Below, piece after piece: positions 1-10,609 of a stretch of DNA of 64,000 nucleotides. The translations under genes and the position numbers were made by a program. Position 1 is the first letter of the stretch; every line of letters begins with the position of its first letter. Location of the stretch: NCBI GenBank assembly GCA_012271135.1, contig JAAXGZ010000003.1:452-64451 (forward strand), in the 5' to 3' direction. Under the pieces are notes generated by a model that saw only the letters and a list, made by a program, of their open reading frames with translations, searched no databases and was not told where the DNA came from. This stretch comes from Caldilineales bacterium. GTDB taxonomy: Bacteria > Chloroflexota > Anaerolineae > Caldilineales > Caldilineaceae.

Positions 1-368
1 ATCTCGCCCACCAGGTTGCGCAGGTTGGTCTGGGCCAGCTTGATGATGGCAACCAGGAAGTTCTCCACGTTGTAGATGAGCTTCACGGGGTCCGTGGCCT
101 CGTGATAGATCACGGCGTCCACCTGCACGGCCACGTTGTCCTTGGTGATGACATCCTGTGGCGGCACGTCGATGACCTGTTCGCGCATGTCCACCCGACG
201 CAGGGCGTCGATGAACGGGATGAGCAGGTTCACGCCCGGTTGGGCGGTGCGCTTGTAGCGGCCCAGGCGCTCCACGACGCCCCTCTGGTACGGGGTAATG
301 ATCTTGAGGCCCTGGACGATGAAGACCAGCACCAGGACCAAAAGCAGGATTATCGGAAGGTATTCCAT
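1..368 (-). CDS. SPFH/band-7 (stomatin/QmcA-like) membrane protein, 3'-partial at window edge
   Basis: Reverse translation from the ATG at 368..366 reads [94 protein letters not shown].... This is an N-terminal TM helix followed by the canonical SPFH core. The gene runs off coordinate 1. Confidence 0.85.
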   Translation of the reverse strand, partial: MEYLPIILLLVLVLVFIVQGLKIITPYQRGVVERLGRYKRTAQPGVNLLIPFIDALRRVDMREQVIDVPPQDVITKDNVAVQVDAVIYHEATDPVKLIYNVENFLVAIIKLAQTNLRNLVGE

Positions 369-429
369 GGAGGGTTGGCTCCTCGGCCGGTGGCGGATTG
401 GGTTCGACTGGGGCAGTTAATTCCGCCGG

Positions 430-882
430 TCAGGTAGGGGGCGACACTTGGAGGTGGGCACCGTCCACGGACTGGACGACCACTTCGGAGCCTTCGGGAA
501 TGGAAGTGCCGTCCACGGACCGGGCCCGCCATTCCTCTCCCCGAATCTTCACCATGCCGGAGGTGTCGACCCCGTCGATGGCCTTGGTGACGGTGCCGCT
601 CATGCCGATGAGGCGGTCCACGCCGAAACTGACGTCGGGGGCATTGGTAACGCGCGCGGCGAAGGGTCGCATCGCGAAGTATGCGATCACCGTTACGCCG
701 CAGAAGACCAGCACCTCGACCACTACGTTGAAGCCGGTGAAGTAGCTGATGATAGCGGCGGCGGCCGCCGCGACGGCCAGGGGCAGCATGTAGGTACCAC
801 CGGTGAAGATTTCGGCGATCAGGAACACTACGGCAACGGAGACCCAAATCCAGTGGCCATCCAGCGAATAGGGAAGGTTCAC
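430..882 (-). CDS. NfeD-family membrane protein (start uncertain)
   Basis: ORF 430..1038(-). It has hydrophobic helices followed by the NfeD C-terminal barrel motif GMSGTVTKAIDGVDTSGMVKIRGEEWRARS, and lies immediately upstream of the SPFH gene as in nfeD-SPFH operons. The in-frame GTG at 882 gives a typical length of about 150 aa. The ATGs at 993 and 1038 remain possible starts. Confidence 0.7.
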   Translation of the reverse strand: MNLPYSLDGHWIWVSVAVVFLIAEIFTGGTYMLPLAVAAAAAAIISYFTGFNVVVEVLVFCGVTVIAYFAMRPFAARVTNAPDVSFGVDRLIGMSGTVTKAIDGVDTSGMVKIRGEEWRARSVDGTSIPEGSEVVVQSVDGAHLQVSPPT

Positions 883-1324
883 GGGCGCGTCCAATGCATG
901 AACAGGTGTCCCGGGTCCTTCGGCGACCGGGACGATGCCTCGATTATATACCCGTGCGCGGCTCCCAAATTGGTCTGTCTGACCCGATGCCATGCGTCCC
1001 CCTGAACGAGCAGTCCGTCGTGCTGGCGCTACCGACATCGGGAGGCCGGCATCTTCGACAGGCTGATCGCGGCCGGATACTCACATGAGAACCTCGAGTC
1101 GTGCACACCCGACAGACAATCGGCAAGCCTTTCCAACGTGCGTGGATTGGGAACCGGGACAAAGATGGAAGGATGAGGGCTTGACCGGAAGTGCTCCAGC
1201 CAAGGGGTTACACTGCAATGGGGTCGCCCATGGGAGCCGGGGTCGATGCCTGTGGTTTGGTCACAGGAGCACCGCCTGTCCTGTCGGGTTGCAGCCCCTG
1301 CCAGCCAATAGCGAACGCAGCTCC

Positions 1325-2293
1325 ATGCCCGACCCCTTTGCTTCTCCAAACCAGGTGCGGGAGTCGCTGCGCGACCAAGGATATGTCTGCTCGTCCGAAA
1401 TCGCCACGATTACCTATCTCAGCGATCAGTTGGACAAGCCCCTGTTAATTGAGGGGCCGGCCGGCGTTGGCAAGACCGAATTGGCCAAGGTCGTGGCAGC
1501 CGCCACCGGGCGCGAACTGATTCGCCTGCAGTGCTACGAAGGCCTGGACGAGACCAAGGCGCTCTACGAGTGGGAGTACGCCAAGCAGCTCCTGTACACC
1601 CAGCTGCTGCGGGACAAGCTGCAGGAGGTGCTGGCGTCCGCCGGTAGCCTGGCCGAGTCGGCGGACCGGATTGCCGCCGAGGAGAACGTGTTCTTCTCGA
1701 TGCGCTTCCTGTTGCAACGGCCCCTGCTCAGGGCCCTGCTCAGTCCGGAACCTGTGGTGCTTTTGATTGACGAGATCGACCGGGCGGATGCCGAGTTCGA
1801 AGCGTTCCTGCTGGAGATCCTGAGCGACTTCCAGGTCAGCGTGCCCGAGCTTGGCACCCTGGCGGCTCGGGTGCAACCGCTGGTGTTCCTGACCAGCAAC
1901 AACACGCGTGAACTGTCCGAGGCCCTCAAGCGCAGGTGTCTCTATCTTTTTCTCACCTACCCAGAACTGGAACAGGAGATCGCCGTGGTCAACCTGAAGG
2001 TGCCGGAACTGGACGGCGCGTTGACCCGGCAGGCCGTGGAGATGGTGCAGGGTCTGCGCAACCTGGACCTGCGCAAGCATCCGAGCATCAGCGAAACCCT
2101 GGATTGGGCGCGTACGCTCGTGGTTCTCAATGCCGAGCGGCTGGACCGGAGCCTGGTGTCCGACACGCTCAACGTCCTGCTCAAGCACGAGCGGGATCTG
2201 AAACGGGTGCAGCAGCGCCTGGAACCCATGTCCGGGGACGGCCCCGAGTATCAGGGACCCGAAGACGAAGACGACCACACCCGGTACCTGTAG
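1325..2293 (+). CDS. MoxR-family AAA+ ATPase (CoxD-like)
   Basis: Internal ATG at 1325 of ORF 1085..2293. Walker A is LLIEGPAGVGKTELAK and Walker B is VVLLIDEIDRAD. The CoxD/MoxR-type segment YEGLDETKALYEWEYAKQLLY is present. A VWA partner gene follows. Confidence 0.9.
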   Translation: MPDPFASPNQVRESLRDQGYVCSSEIATITYLSDQLDKPLLIEGPAGVGKTELAKVVAAATGRELIRLQCYEGLDETKALYEWEYAKQLLYTQLLRDKLQEVLASAGSLAESADRIAAEENVFFSMRFLLQRPLLRALLSPEPVVLLIDEIDRADAEFEAFLLEILSDFQVSVPELGTLAARVQPLVFLTSNNTRELSEALKRRCLYLFLTYPELEQEIAVVNLKVPELDGALTRQAVEMVQGLRNLDLRKHPSISETLDWARTLVVLNAERLDRSLVSDTLNVLLKHERDLKRVQQRLEPMSGDGPEYQGPEDEDDHTRYL

Positions 2294-2333
2294 TGCAAGC
2301 GGGATTCCGGCCGAATCAGGCAGCGGGGACGAC

Positions 2334-3716
2334 ATGGAAACCCGACTAATGCAGTTTGCCCGTGCGTTGCGGGCTGCCGGGGTGCCGGTGAGCATGGCCG
2401 AAACGGTGGATGCGGCGGGAGCCCTTACCGCCCTGGGCATCAAGGATCGGGAACCATTCCGCATCAGCTTGCGTTCCACGCTGATCAAGCGCACCATCCA
2501 CCTGCCGGTCTTCGACGAACTGTTCCCCATCTTCTTCGACGGCAAGGCCGAACTTCCGCCCGACATGGACAACGCTCTGGAAAACCTGTCGGACGAGGAG
2601 GCGGAGCAGTTGGCGTTGGCACTCAGGCAGCTGAAGGACGACATCGCCGACAGCCTGCGCCGCTTGCTGCGGGGCGAGCCCCTGACGCGGCAGGACCTCA
2701 ATCAACTGGCGGCCATGACGGGCCTGGACCGGGCCCGCAACATGCGCTGGAGCGAATGGATGGTGCGGCGCATGCAGGCCGCCCTGAAGCACGACAGCGT
2801 GCGCCGGGCCATGGCCGAGATTGCCAAGTTGCTGGAACAGGTCGGCTTCTCCAAGGAACGCCTCGACGAATTGCGCGCAATGCTGCAGGCCAACATCGAG
2901 GCCGAGACCGGACAGCTGCAGAACTTCGCCGGCCAGCGCATCACGGACAACATGCAGGCCAGGCCTCCGTCCGAGGATGTCGAGGATTTGCTGCACGCTC
3001 CGTTCGGCCGTCTGGGCGAGGACGAGATGAACGTTCTGCGTCAGGAGGTGCGGCGTCTATCTGCGGCGCTCAGGAGTCGGATTTCGCTGCGGCAGAAGCG
3101 ACAGAAGACCGGAACCCTGGACTTGAAGTCCACCATCCGCCGGAACTTGGGGCACGGGGGCGTGCCGTTCACTCTCAGCTACAAGCGGCGCCAAAAGAAG
3201 CCGCGGCTGGTGGTCATCTGCGACGTTTCGACCTCGATGCGCTACTGCACCGAACTCATGCTGAGCCTGATCCACGCCATGCAGGACCAAATCTCGCGCA
3301 CCTATGCCTTCGCCTTCAACGACCATCTGGAATACATAACCCCCGATCTGGCCCACGGTTCGGCCCAGGAGGCGGTGGACCGCGTGCTGGTCCGCATGCC
3401 GCCCGGCCACTATAGTACGGACCTGGGCGGAAGCCTGGCCGAGTTCGACCGCGAGTGGCTCGATCTGGTCAACCACCGGACCACCCTTCTGATGGTGGGT
3501 GACGGACGCAACAACTTCAGGGATCCGGAGACGGGCATCTTTCAGGAGATGGCCCGACGCTGCACCCGGACCATCTGGCTCAACCCGGAACCGCCCATGC
3601 TGTGGGGTACCGGGGACAGTGACATGAACGAGTACCTGCCCTTCTGCGACCACGTGCTGCAGGTGCAGACCATGGCGGAACTGACCGCGGCGGTCGACGA
3701 GCTGCTGACCCGCTGA
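2334..3716 (+). CDS. VWA-domain protein, CoxE-like partner of MoxR
   Basis: 460-aa ORF. The N-terminus is FARALRAAGVPVSMAETVDAAGAL. The C-terminal VWA fold has LVVICDVSTSM (MIDAS-like DxSxS) and TTLLMVGDGRNN. It starts 40 nt downstream of the MoxR gene. Confidence 0.85.
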   Translation: METRLMQFARALRAAGVPVSMAETVDAAGALTALGIKDREPFRISLRSTLIKRTIHLPVFDELFPIFFDGKAELPPDMDNALENLSDEEAEQLALALRQLKDDIADSLRRLLRGEPLTRQDLNQLAAMTGLDRARNMRWSEWMVRRMQAALKHDSVRRAMAEIAKLLEQVGFSKERLDELRAMLQANIEAETGQLQNFAGQRITDNMQARPPSEDVEDLLHAPFGRLGEDEMNVLRQEVRRLSAALRSRISLRQKRQKTGTLDLKSTIRRNLGHGGVPFTLSYKRRQKKPRLVVICDVSTSMRYCTELMLSLIHAMQDQISRTYAFAFNDHLEYITPDLAHGSAQEAVDRVLVRMPPGHYSTDLGGSLAEFDREWLDLVNHRTTLLMVGDGRNNFRDPETGIFQEMARRCTRTIWLNPEPPMLWGTGDSDMNEYLPFCDHVLQVQTMAELTAAVDELLTR

Positions 3717-3861
3717 CCGGCTTTCGCCGTCCGCGGACCGAGTCCGTCCGCGGGTTGTATAATCCCGCTCCGGGCGCGCGGCGCCTGTGTTTTTTAGGCG
3801 GGTTTTCCGGCTGCCGAAATGCCGGATGCCACAGTGCATACAGGAGTGCAGGTACAGGCCC

Positions 3862-4788
3862 ATGACCATGCGTGCCGACTACATCTGGATGAACGGCGAA
3901 GTGATGCCGTGGGACCAGGCCACCGTTCATGTCTTTGCCCATGCGCTGCACTACGGCTCCAGCGCCTTCGAGGGCATCCGGGCCTATGAAATCAATGGCA
4001 CCCCGCACCTGTTTCGGGCCCGGGAGCACTACGAACGGCTCCTGTTTAGCTGCAAGGTGGCCCACATGGCGTCGCCGCTCGACGTGGACGGATGGATCGA
4101 TGTCACCAAACAGGTCCTGCGGGCCAACAAACTGGCCGGCGCCTACATCCGGCCGCTGGTGTTCCGGGGCTACGATTCGCTGGGTGTGGACGGCCGGGGT
4201 TGCCCCATCGATGCCATCCTGGGTGCGGTGCCCTGGGGCAAGTATCTGGGCGAGGAGGCCATCGAACAGGGGGTGGACGTCCAGGTGTCCAGCTGGCGCC
4301 GCATGTCCTCCAACAGCTTCAGCCCCATGGCCAAGATTGGCGGCCAGTACGTCAACAGCCAGAACGTGGTGATGGAGGCCAAGGACAACGGCTTCGTCGA
4401 AGGAATCGTGCTGGATGCCAACGACAACGTGTCCGAAGGCAGCGGCGAGAACATTTTCCTGGTCATCGACGACCGGATCTATACGCCGCCGGTGGCCAGT
4501 TCGATTCTGCGGGGCATCACCCGCGACAGCGCCATCAAAATTGCGCGCAGCAAGGGCTTCGAGGTGCGCGAGGAATTCATTTCGCGCGAAATGCTGTACC
4601 TCGCCGACGAGATTTTCTTCTCGGGGACGGCCGCCGAGATCACGCCGGTGCGGTCGGTTGACCGCATGCCGGTGGGCAGCGGACAGCGGGGTCCGGTCAC
4701 CAGGGAGATCCAGGCGACCTTCTTTGGCATCGTGGAGGACGGCGCCTACGACGAATGGGGCTGGCTTGAGGCCGTTCCGCTTGATTGA
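3862..4788 (+). CDS. ilvE: branched-chain amino-acid aminotransferase (class IV)
   Basis: Internal ATG at 3862. Sequence: MTMRADYIWMNGEVMPWDQATVHVFAHALHYGSSAFEGIRAY...GENIFLV...ILRGITRDS...FFSGTAAEITPV, the typical IlvE signature. Confidence 0.9.
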   Translation: MTMRADYIWMNGEVMPWDQATVHVFAHALHYGSSAFEGIRAYEINGTPHLFRAREHYERLLFSCKVAHMASPLDVDGWIDVTKQVLRANKLAGAYIRPLVFRGYDSLGVDGRGCPIDAILGAVPWGKYLGEEAIEQGVDVQVSSWRRMSSNSFSPMAKIGGQYVNSQNVVMEAKDNGFVEGIVLDANDNVSEGSGENIFLVIDDRIYTPPVASSILRGITRDSAIKIARSKGFEVREEFISREMLYLADEIFFSGTAAEITPVRSVDRMPVGSGQRGPVTREIQATFFGIVEDGAYDEWGWLEAVPLD

Positions 4789-4800
4789 TATGGAGGCGTC

Positions 4801-5616
4801 ATGTCCGACAAGGAATTCAGGCACGTAGGGCTTCCCTACCTCAGGTTCGAGCAGGCCCGGGATCTGAGGCTGGACCTGTACCTGCCCCGGACCGATCATC
4901 CGGCGTCGCTGCTGGTCTGGATCCACGGTGGGGCCTGGATGCACGGGGACAAGTCGGATCCTCCCGTGCTACCCATGGTTGACGAAGGCTGGGCTCTGGC
5001 CAGCATCCAGTACCACTTCAGCCACGAGGCCTTATTCCCGGCCCAGATTCACCAGTGCAAGGCGGCCATCCGCTGGCTACGGGCCCAGGCGGCGCGTTTT
5101 GGCTTCTATGCCGAGCGGATCGGTGTCCTGGGTGCCTCCGCCGGCGGACATCTGGCGGCCCTGCTGGGAACCTCCAACGGACAGGTGGCCCTGGAGGGCG
5201 ATCTGGGCGAGCACCGGGACCAGTCCAGTTCGGTCCAGGCTGTGGTCGACTTGTTCGGCCCCACGGACTTCGCGCGCCTGCCGGACCATCCCAGCGACCT
5301 CGACCATGCCGCGCCCGACTCGCCGGAAGGATTGCTGCTTGGCGGCGCCGTGGCGGATCATCCGGACCGCGTGGCCATGGCCAATCCCATTACCTGGATT
5401 TCGGATGCCACCTGTCCATTCCTGATCCTCCACGGCAAGGCGGACATGATCATCCCCTGGCAGCAGAGCCGGCTGCTGGCCGACACCCTGGCGGACTACG
5501 GGTCCCATGTCGAATTCAGGCTGCTCGGCCAGGCCGGCCACGGCGGTCCGGAGTTCCACGAGGCCGAACAGGGGGAGGCCATCCGGGCCTTTTGCCGGCG
5601 TCACCTACTGGCTTGA
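4801..5616 (+). CDS. alpha/beta hydrolase (esterase/lipase-like)
   Basis: Oxyanion-type motif IHGGAW, nucleophile elbow GASAGGHLA (GxSxG), and a C-terminal LHGKADMIIP...GHG segment. Confidence 0.8.
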   Translation: MSDKEFRHVGLPYLRFEQARDLRLDLYLPRTDHPASLLVWIHGGAWMHGDKSDPPVLPMVDEGWALASIQYHFSHEALFPAQIHQCKAAIRWLRAQAARFGFYAERIGVLGASAGGHLAALLGTSNGQVALEGDLGEHRDQSSSVQAVVDLFGPTDFARLPDHPSDLDHAAPDSPEGLLLGGAVADHPDRVAMANPITWISDATCPFLILHGKADMIIPWQQSRLLADTLADYGSHVEFRLLGQAGHGGPEFHEAEQGEAIRAFCRRHLLA

Positions 5617-5815
5617 GGGTTCCCCGGCCAGGCGGCCTGGTTTCAGTTGGACTGGTCCCTGCACCCCGGTCCGGTTGTGGCTATAATGGAGCATCCTGCT
5701 TCCCACAACCATGCCTATACATGTGCCGAGGGCCAGCTTGACGGTCAACGTTGTGTGCACACGGGGAGCCTCGCAGTAGTCAATCAATCCTTCAGGTAGA
5801 GAAAGGAGAGACGCA

Positions 5816-7168
5816 ATGGAACTTACGCGCAGACATTTTCTGAAAGCCACCGGCCTTGTGGGTGCCGGTTTGGCGCTGGCGGCTTGCGCGGCACCCGCTC
5901 CGGCCGGTGATGAAGGGGATTCAGGCCAGGCCGCGGACGATGCCACGGTCGTGCGCTTCATGTCCCGCTCCGGTGCCAACATCGGCGGATACGAAGACAC
6001 ACTGGGCAACGATTTCCGCGAGGAGTTCCCGAACATTCAGGTTCAGGTGGAACCGGCTCCGGAAGGCTGGATCGATCTGCTGCTGACCCAGATGGTGGCC
6101 GGTACGGCCCCCGACATCTTCCAGGCCTGGGGCAACATCTTCTTCAACTGGACGGAACGCGACCTGATCCTTGATGTGCAACCCTATGTGGACGGCTTCA
6201 TGTCGGCCGAGGATGTAGCGGACTTCAACGAATTCCAGTGGACGGGTCTGGAAATTCTGGGCATCCGCGCGGGCCTGCCGAAATACATCAACCTGATGAC
6301 GGTCACGGTCAACAAGGACCTGTTCGCCGAACTGGAAGTCGAGCTGCCGCCGGAAGATGGCGACTGGAACCACGACGACTACGCCGCGATCGCCGATCAA
6401 CTGACCCAGGCGGCCCGGGCGCAGGGCAACGAGGATTTCTGGGGTGCCTGGTATCCGGCCTGGAACTGGGATCGTTTCTGGTACCGGGTGGACATGTTCG
6501 GCGGCAGCGTCGTTGACGAGAAGTACGGTCTGGTCTGCCAACTGGACACCCCCGAATCGCAGGCGGGTCTGCAGTGGTCCTGGGATCGCATGTGGGTGGA
6601 CAACACGTTCGCCCAGCCGGGCCAGGTTGAGAACCAGTGGTTCCACAACGTGATGAATCCCGGTTTCACGGCCATGGCCGAAAGCGGTACCTATCCCGGC
6701 AATACGGACCGGGCCCTGGGTGAGAACTTCAGTTGGGACATGCGCCATGTTCCGGTGGGCCCGACCGGCATCCGCAAGGTTCTGGGCACCTCCGATGCCT
6801 GGTCCATCACCAAGCAGTCCCAGGTTCCGGACGAGGCCTGGGAAGTCCTGAACTATGTGGCTGGGCCGCACTTCCAGCGCAAGGTCGTAGTGGGGGTCGA
6901 AGGCATCATTCCGGTGCGCAAATCCCTGATTGCCTCCTTCATCGACGACATGCGGGCCCAACGCCCCAGTCTCGCAGACGTGCGCTTGGAGACCATTGCC
7001 GAAATCCTGGACTGGGGTTACGCCGAGGATTCATTCTGGTTCAAGAACTCCAACGCGGCCAGCGAACTCCTGGTGCCCGCACTGGAGAAGGTCTATATCG
7101 TGGGGGATGTGGGTCCGGAATACCTGATCGACATCGCCGCCCAAATTACGGAAGCGCAGCAGTCCTGA
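5816..7168 (+). CDS. sugar ABC transporter substrate-binding lipoprotein (family 1, CUT1-type)
   Basis: Tat/lipoprotein signal MELTRRHFLKATGLVGAGLALAAC. 450-aa SBP_bac_1-like body, followed by MalF/MalG-type permeases. Confidence 0.85.
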   Translation: MELTRRHFLKATGLVGAGLALAACAAPAPAGDEGDSGQAADDATVVRFMSRSGANIGGYEDTLGNDFREEFPNIQVQVEPAPEGWIDLLLTQMVAGTAPDIFQAWGNIFFNWTERDLILDVQPYVDGFMSAEDVADFNEFQWTGLEILGIRAGLPKYINLMTVTVNKDLFAELEVELPPEDGDWNHDDYAAIADQLTQAARAQGNEDFWGAWYPAWNWDRFWYRVDMFGGSVVDEKYGLVCQLDTPESQAGLQWSWDRMWVDNTFAQPGQVENQWFHNVMNPGFTAMAESGTYPGNTDRALGENFSWDMRHVPVGPTGIRKVLGTSDAWSITKQSQVPDEAWEVLNYVAGPHFQRKVVVGVEGIIPVRKSLIASFIDDMRAQRPSLADVRLETIAEILDWGYAEDSFWFKNSNAASELLVPALEKVYIVGDVGPEYLIDIAAQITEAQQS

Positions 7169-7250
7169 CCGCTTCCCGTTGTTAGCAGTCGGGGGGCGGA
7201 GCCGTTCGTCGGTCCACCTCCCGGCCACCATCGGTTCCGTCCCGCCTCTG

Positions 7251-8174
7251 ATGGCCGTCACTGCCAAGGCTTCTGCTTCGCGCATGAGCATCCAGGCCCG
7301 GGACAACATCGCCGGGTTCCTGTTCATTGCGCCCTGGCTGATCCATTTTGTGTTCCTGATTGCGGGCGCCATGGTTTTCTCCATGGGCATCAGCTTCTTC
7401 AAGACCGATTTCCTGACCGGTTTTGAGTTTGTGGGATTCAGCAACTGGCGCGACATGTTTCAGGACGAGTTGTTCTGGAAAGCCCTACGCGTCACCTCGT
7501 ACTACACCTTTGTCCTGGTTCCGGCCAGTGTCATCCTGGCCCTTACCATCGCTGTGCTCATGAACCAGAAGGTCAAGGCACTGGGGATCTGGCGCACCGT
7601 GTACTACCTGCCCTCCGTGGTCCAGGGCGTGGCCGTCGCGGTCCTGTGGGGCTATGTGCTCAACCCGCGGTTCGGACTGCTGAACCAGGGACTGGAACTC
7701 ATCGGCATCGACGACGGGCCCCGGTGGCTCTTTTCGGAAGACTGGGCGGTGCCCGGCTTCATTCTCATGGGCCTGTGGGGCGCCGGCGGCGCCATGCTGC
7801 TCTACCTGGCCGGCCTGCAGGGGATTCCCACTCATCTGTACGAGGCGGCCGACCTGGATGGCGCGGGTCCCGTGCGCAAGTTCTTCGCCGTCACGATTCC
7901 CATGCTGACCCCGACGATCTACTTCAATGTCCTGATCAGCATCATCGCTTCCTTCCAGGTCTTCACCCAAGCCCTGATCCTTACGGCCGGAGGGCCCAAC
8001 AACGCCACTCTGACCCTGGTGCTCCTGCTCTATCGGGAGGGATTCCAGAATTTCCAGTTTGGTTATGCTTCGGCCATCGCCTGGGGTCTGTTCTGCGTGA
8101 CATTCATCTTTGCCATCCTGGTCGTGCGCACCTCCAGCACCTGGGTGCACTACGAGGGGGAAACCAACAATTAG
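7251..8174 (+). CDS. sugar ABC transporter permease (MalF/UgpA-like)
   Basis: Internal ATG at 7251. Contains NIAGFLFIAPWL, six TM segments and the EAA loop LYEAADLDGAGPVRKFFAVTIPML. Confidence 0.85.
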   Translation: MAVTAKASASRMSIQARDNIAGFLFIAPWLIHFVFLIAGAMVFSMGISFFKTDFLTGFEFVGFSNWRDMFQDELFWKALRVTSYYTFVLVPASVILALTIAVLMNQKVKALGIWRTVYYLPSVVQGVAVAVLWGYVLNPRFGLLNQGLELIGIDDGPRWLFSEDWAVPGFILMGLWGAGGAMLLYLAGLQGIPTHLYEAADLDGAGPVRKFFAVTIPMLTPTIYFNVLISIIASFQVFTQALILTAGGPNNATLTLVLLLYREGFQNFQFGYASAIAWGLFCVTFIFAILVVRTSSTWVHYEGETNN

Positions 8175-8232
8175 CGCTCCCGCCACCCCCATTCCCGCGA
8201 CCTACGCCTATCGTTCGCGAACCAACATCCTG

Positions 8233-9057
8233 GTGCGCCGGATTGTCGGCAAGACGCTTCTGTACATCGTCTTGTTCACAGGCGGGATGATCTTCCTCGC
8301 GCCACTGCTGTGGATGCTTTCCACGTCCTTCAAGCCCGAGCACCAGGTCTACAACGTGCCCATCGAATGGATACCGGAAGTCTTCGATTACCAGAACTAC
8401 ATCGAAGGCTGGCGCTACCTGGACTTTCCCCGGTTCTACATCAATACTACCTATCTGACCGTCGTCAACATCTTTGGCCTGCTGCTTTCCAGTTCGCTGG
8501 TGGCCTTTGGTTTCGCCCGCATCCGGTTTTGGGGGCGCGAATGGATATTCCTGGTGCTGCTCTCCACCATGATGCTGCCCCAGCAGGTCACCATGATTCC
8601 CATCTACGTCTTCTGGAGCCGCCTGGGTTTCGTCAACACCTATTGGCCCCTCATCATTCCGGAATTCCTGACCAACGCCTTCAACGTGTTCCTGCTGCGC
8701 CAGTTCTTCATGAGCATCAACCTGGAACTGGACGACGCCGCGCGCATCGACGGGGCCGGGTGGCTGATGATCTACGCGCGGGTGCTCATGCCCTTGTCCA
8801 AGCCGGCTCTGGGGGTGCTGGCCATCATGGCCTTCACCTGGAACTGGAACAACTTCCTGTATCCGCTCATCTACATCAACGAGACCCGCAAGTACACCGT
8901 TGCGATTGGCCTGCGCCTGTTCGAGACCCAGCAGTCCCAGTACATGGCGGAGACCATGGCCATGACGATGGTGGCGCTGATCCCGGTCCTGCTCGTGTTC
9001 TACCTTGCCCAAGCCCGTTTCATTCAGGGCATCGTGATTACTGGGGTCAAGGGCTAA
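8233..9057 (+). CDS. sugar ABC transporter permease (MalG/UgpE-like), start uncertain
   Basis: ORF 8110..9057. Contains FLAPLLWMLSTSFK and the EAA loop LDDAARIDGAGWLMIYARVLMPL. The TTG at 8110 would overlap the upstream gene by 65 nt. The next in-frame start codon is the GTG at 8233. Confidence 0.78.
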   Translation: MRRIVGKTLLYIVLFTGGMIFLAPLLWMLSTSFKPEHQVYNVPIEWIPEVFDYQNYIEGWRYLDFPRFYINTTYLTVVNIFGLLLSSSLVAFGFARIRFWGREWIFLVLLSTMMLPQQVTMIPIYVFWSRLGFVNTYWPLIIPEFLTNAFNVFLLRQFFMSINLELDDAARIDGAGWLMIYARVLMPLSKPALGVLAIMAFTWNWNNFLYPLIYINETRKYTVAIGLRLFETQQSQYMAETMAMTMVALIPVLLVFYLAQARFIQGIVITGVKG

Positions 9058-9535
9058 GCTCTCGATACAGGGTGATTGAACATGCTGGGCGGTGGTTCGA
9101 GGCCAGCGTGTGCTGCCAGGACCGTCAGGAAGATCAGATGGTCGCCCCGCGGCTTGAAGTTTCCCGGACCGCCCGCGTCCGGACTGGACACCGCTGATCA
9201 TGTCCCGGGACGTTTACGGAGTCCCGGCAGACGACCCTGAGCTGTTGTTTTGGTTTTGTTGATTGGGACAAGCACAATGCACCGGGTGGTTTCGTCTCCC
9301 ACCGGGCCTTTTGCACCTGCGATTGGGGCCGGAACGGGGGCAAAATGCTAGACTCCAGTGCTCAACCGCTCTGAACAATCGATCCCAAAGAACCAGTCCG
9401 TGGCTGCACCGGCCGGGTATGTGCCGACGGTGAACGGTCCGGTTCCAAGCTCCGCGTGAACCGGAGTTTGGTCGGGCCAGCCCGTGGATTGAAGTTTCTG
9501 AATCCGAAATTCCCACCGCCCCTGCGTTTCGACCG

Positions 9536-10576
9536 ATGTCGAATTCACCAACCAACGGGTCTGTGAACGCGCACGCCGACGAGGCGTATCGCCGGCTCCT
9601 GGAGATCGATGATCTGGCGGTCCACTTCCTGTTGGAGCGGGCGACGGTCCGGGCGGTCAACGGCGTGACCTTGAACCTGGACCGGAATTCCACCTTGGGC
9701 ATCGTCGGTGAAAGTGGGTGCGGCAAGAGCGTGACCGCCCATTCGATCATGCGTCTGGTGAAGTCGCCGCCGGGCAAGGTGGTCCACGGCGCCATTCGCT
9801 ATTGGCCGCAGGACGCGGATACGCCGGTCGAATTGACTGCCCTGGATCCCACCGGCCCGCAGATCCGGCACATCCGCGGCAGCGAGATTTCGATGATCTT
9901 TCAGGAACCGATGACCTCGCTCAACCCCCTGCATACCGTGGGGCGCCAAATCGCGGAGTCGGTGGCCCTGCACCAAAACCTGTCCCGGAAGGATGCCCTG
10001 GACCGTGCCCGCGAAATGCTGGCCCTGGTGCGCATTGCCTCTCCGGAACAGCGCGTGCGGGAGTTCCCTCACCAGCTGTCGGGAGGCATGCGCCAACGCG
10101 TGATGATTGCCCTGGCCCTGTCCTGCAATCCGCAAATCCTGATCGCCGACGAACCGACGACCGCGCTGGACGTGACGGTGCAGGCCCAGATTTTGGATCT
10201 CATGAACAGGCTGCGAGAGGAATTCGAGTCCTCGATCATCCTGATTACGCACAACTTGGGCGTTGTCTCCCAGATGTGTGATCAAATAGCTGTCATGTAT
10301 CTGGGGAAAGTGGTTGAGTACGGCACCGCGCGGGATATTTTCAAGCGTTCCAAACACCCCTACACGGAGGGCTTGCTGAATTCGGTGCCGGTCCTGGGCC
10401 GCCGCCAGCGGCAACTGGTGCCGATCGAGGGCATGGTGCCCAGCGCGGCCGACACCGTGGTGGGCTGTGCGTTCGCAGACCGCTGTCCGGCCGTGATGCA
10501 ACGGTGCCGAGAAGCGGAACCTCCCTTGCGGGAGACTGAAGCTGGTCATTTGGCAGCCTGTTGGCTGCACGAGTGA
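9536..10576 (+). CDS. oligopeptide/dipeptide ABC transporter ATP-binding protein (OppD/DppD-like)
   Basis: Walker A GESGCGKS, signature LSGGMRQR, Walker [13 protein letters not shown], and a C-terminal oligopeptide-type Cys-rich extension. Confidence 0.9.
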   Translation: MSNSPTNGSVNAHADEAYRRLLEIDDLAVHFLLERATVRAVNGVTLNLDRNSTLGIVGESGCGKSVTAHSIMRLVKSPPGKVVHGAIRYWPQDADTPVELTALDPTGPQIRHIRGSEISMIFQEPMTSLNPLHTVGRQIAESVALHQNLSRKDALDRAREMLALVRIASPEQRVREFPHQLSGGMRQRVMIALALSCNPQILIADEPTTALDVTVQAQILDLMNRLREEFESSIILITHNLGVVSQMCDQIAVMYLGKVVEYGTARDIFKRSKHPYTEGLLNSVPVLGRRQRQLVPIEGMVPSAADTVVGCAFADRCPAVMQRCREAEPPLRETEAGHLAACWLHE

Positions 10577-10609
10577 GATTGTGTTTTTTCAATCAGGAGA
10601 CTTTGTCCC

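Noticed and set aside
1445-2701. 418-aa minus-strand ORF antisense to the MoxR and VWA genes. Similar long antisense ORFs occur at 3580..4944, 5921..6961, 8104..9201, 9545..10570, 11492..12742, 13735..15480, 41715..43358, 44924..46279, 54388..55896, 55760..56962, 58937..60445 and 61998..63722.
   Set aside because: These are shadow ORFs typical of high-GC DNA. Their products are Arg/Gly/Pro/His-rich with no motifs, and each lies opposite a gene with unambiguous family signatures.
3772-3797. Short GC hairpin plus T-run (ggcgc-gcg-gcgcc tgtgtttttt), with a TATAAT box at about 3757, between the VWA gene and ilvE.
   Set aside because: It is plausibly a weak terminator or leader. With only a 5-bp stem, and with promoter and terminator in ambiguous order, I do not consider it a supported feature.
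8110-8232. TTG at 8110 as the start of the MalG-like permease.
   Set aside because: It would overlap the upstream permease gene by 65 nt and add about 40 Pro/Ala/Thr-rich residues with no homology-like features. It is kept only as an alternative.
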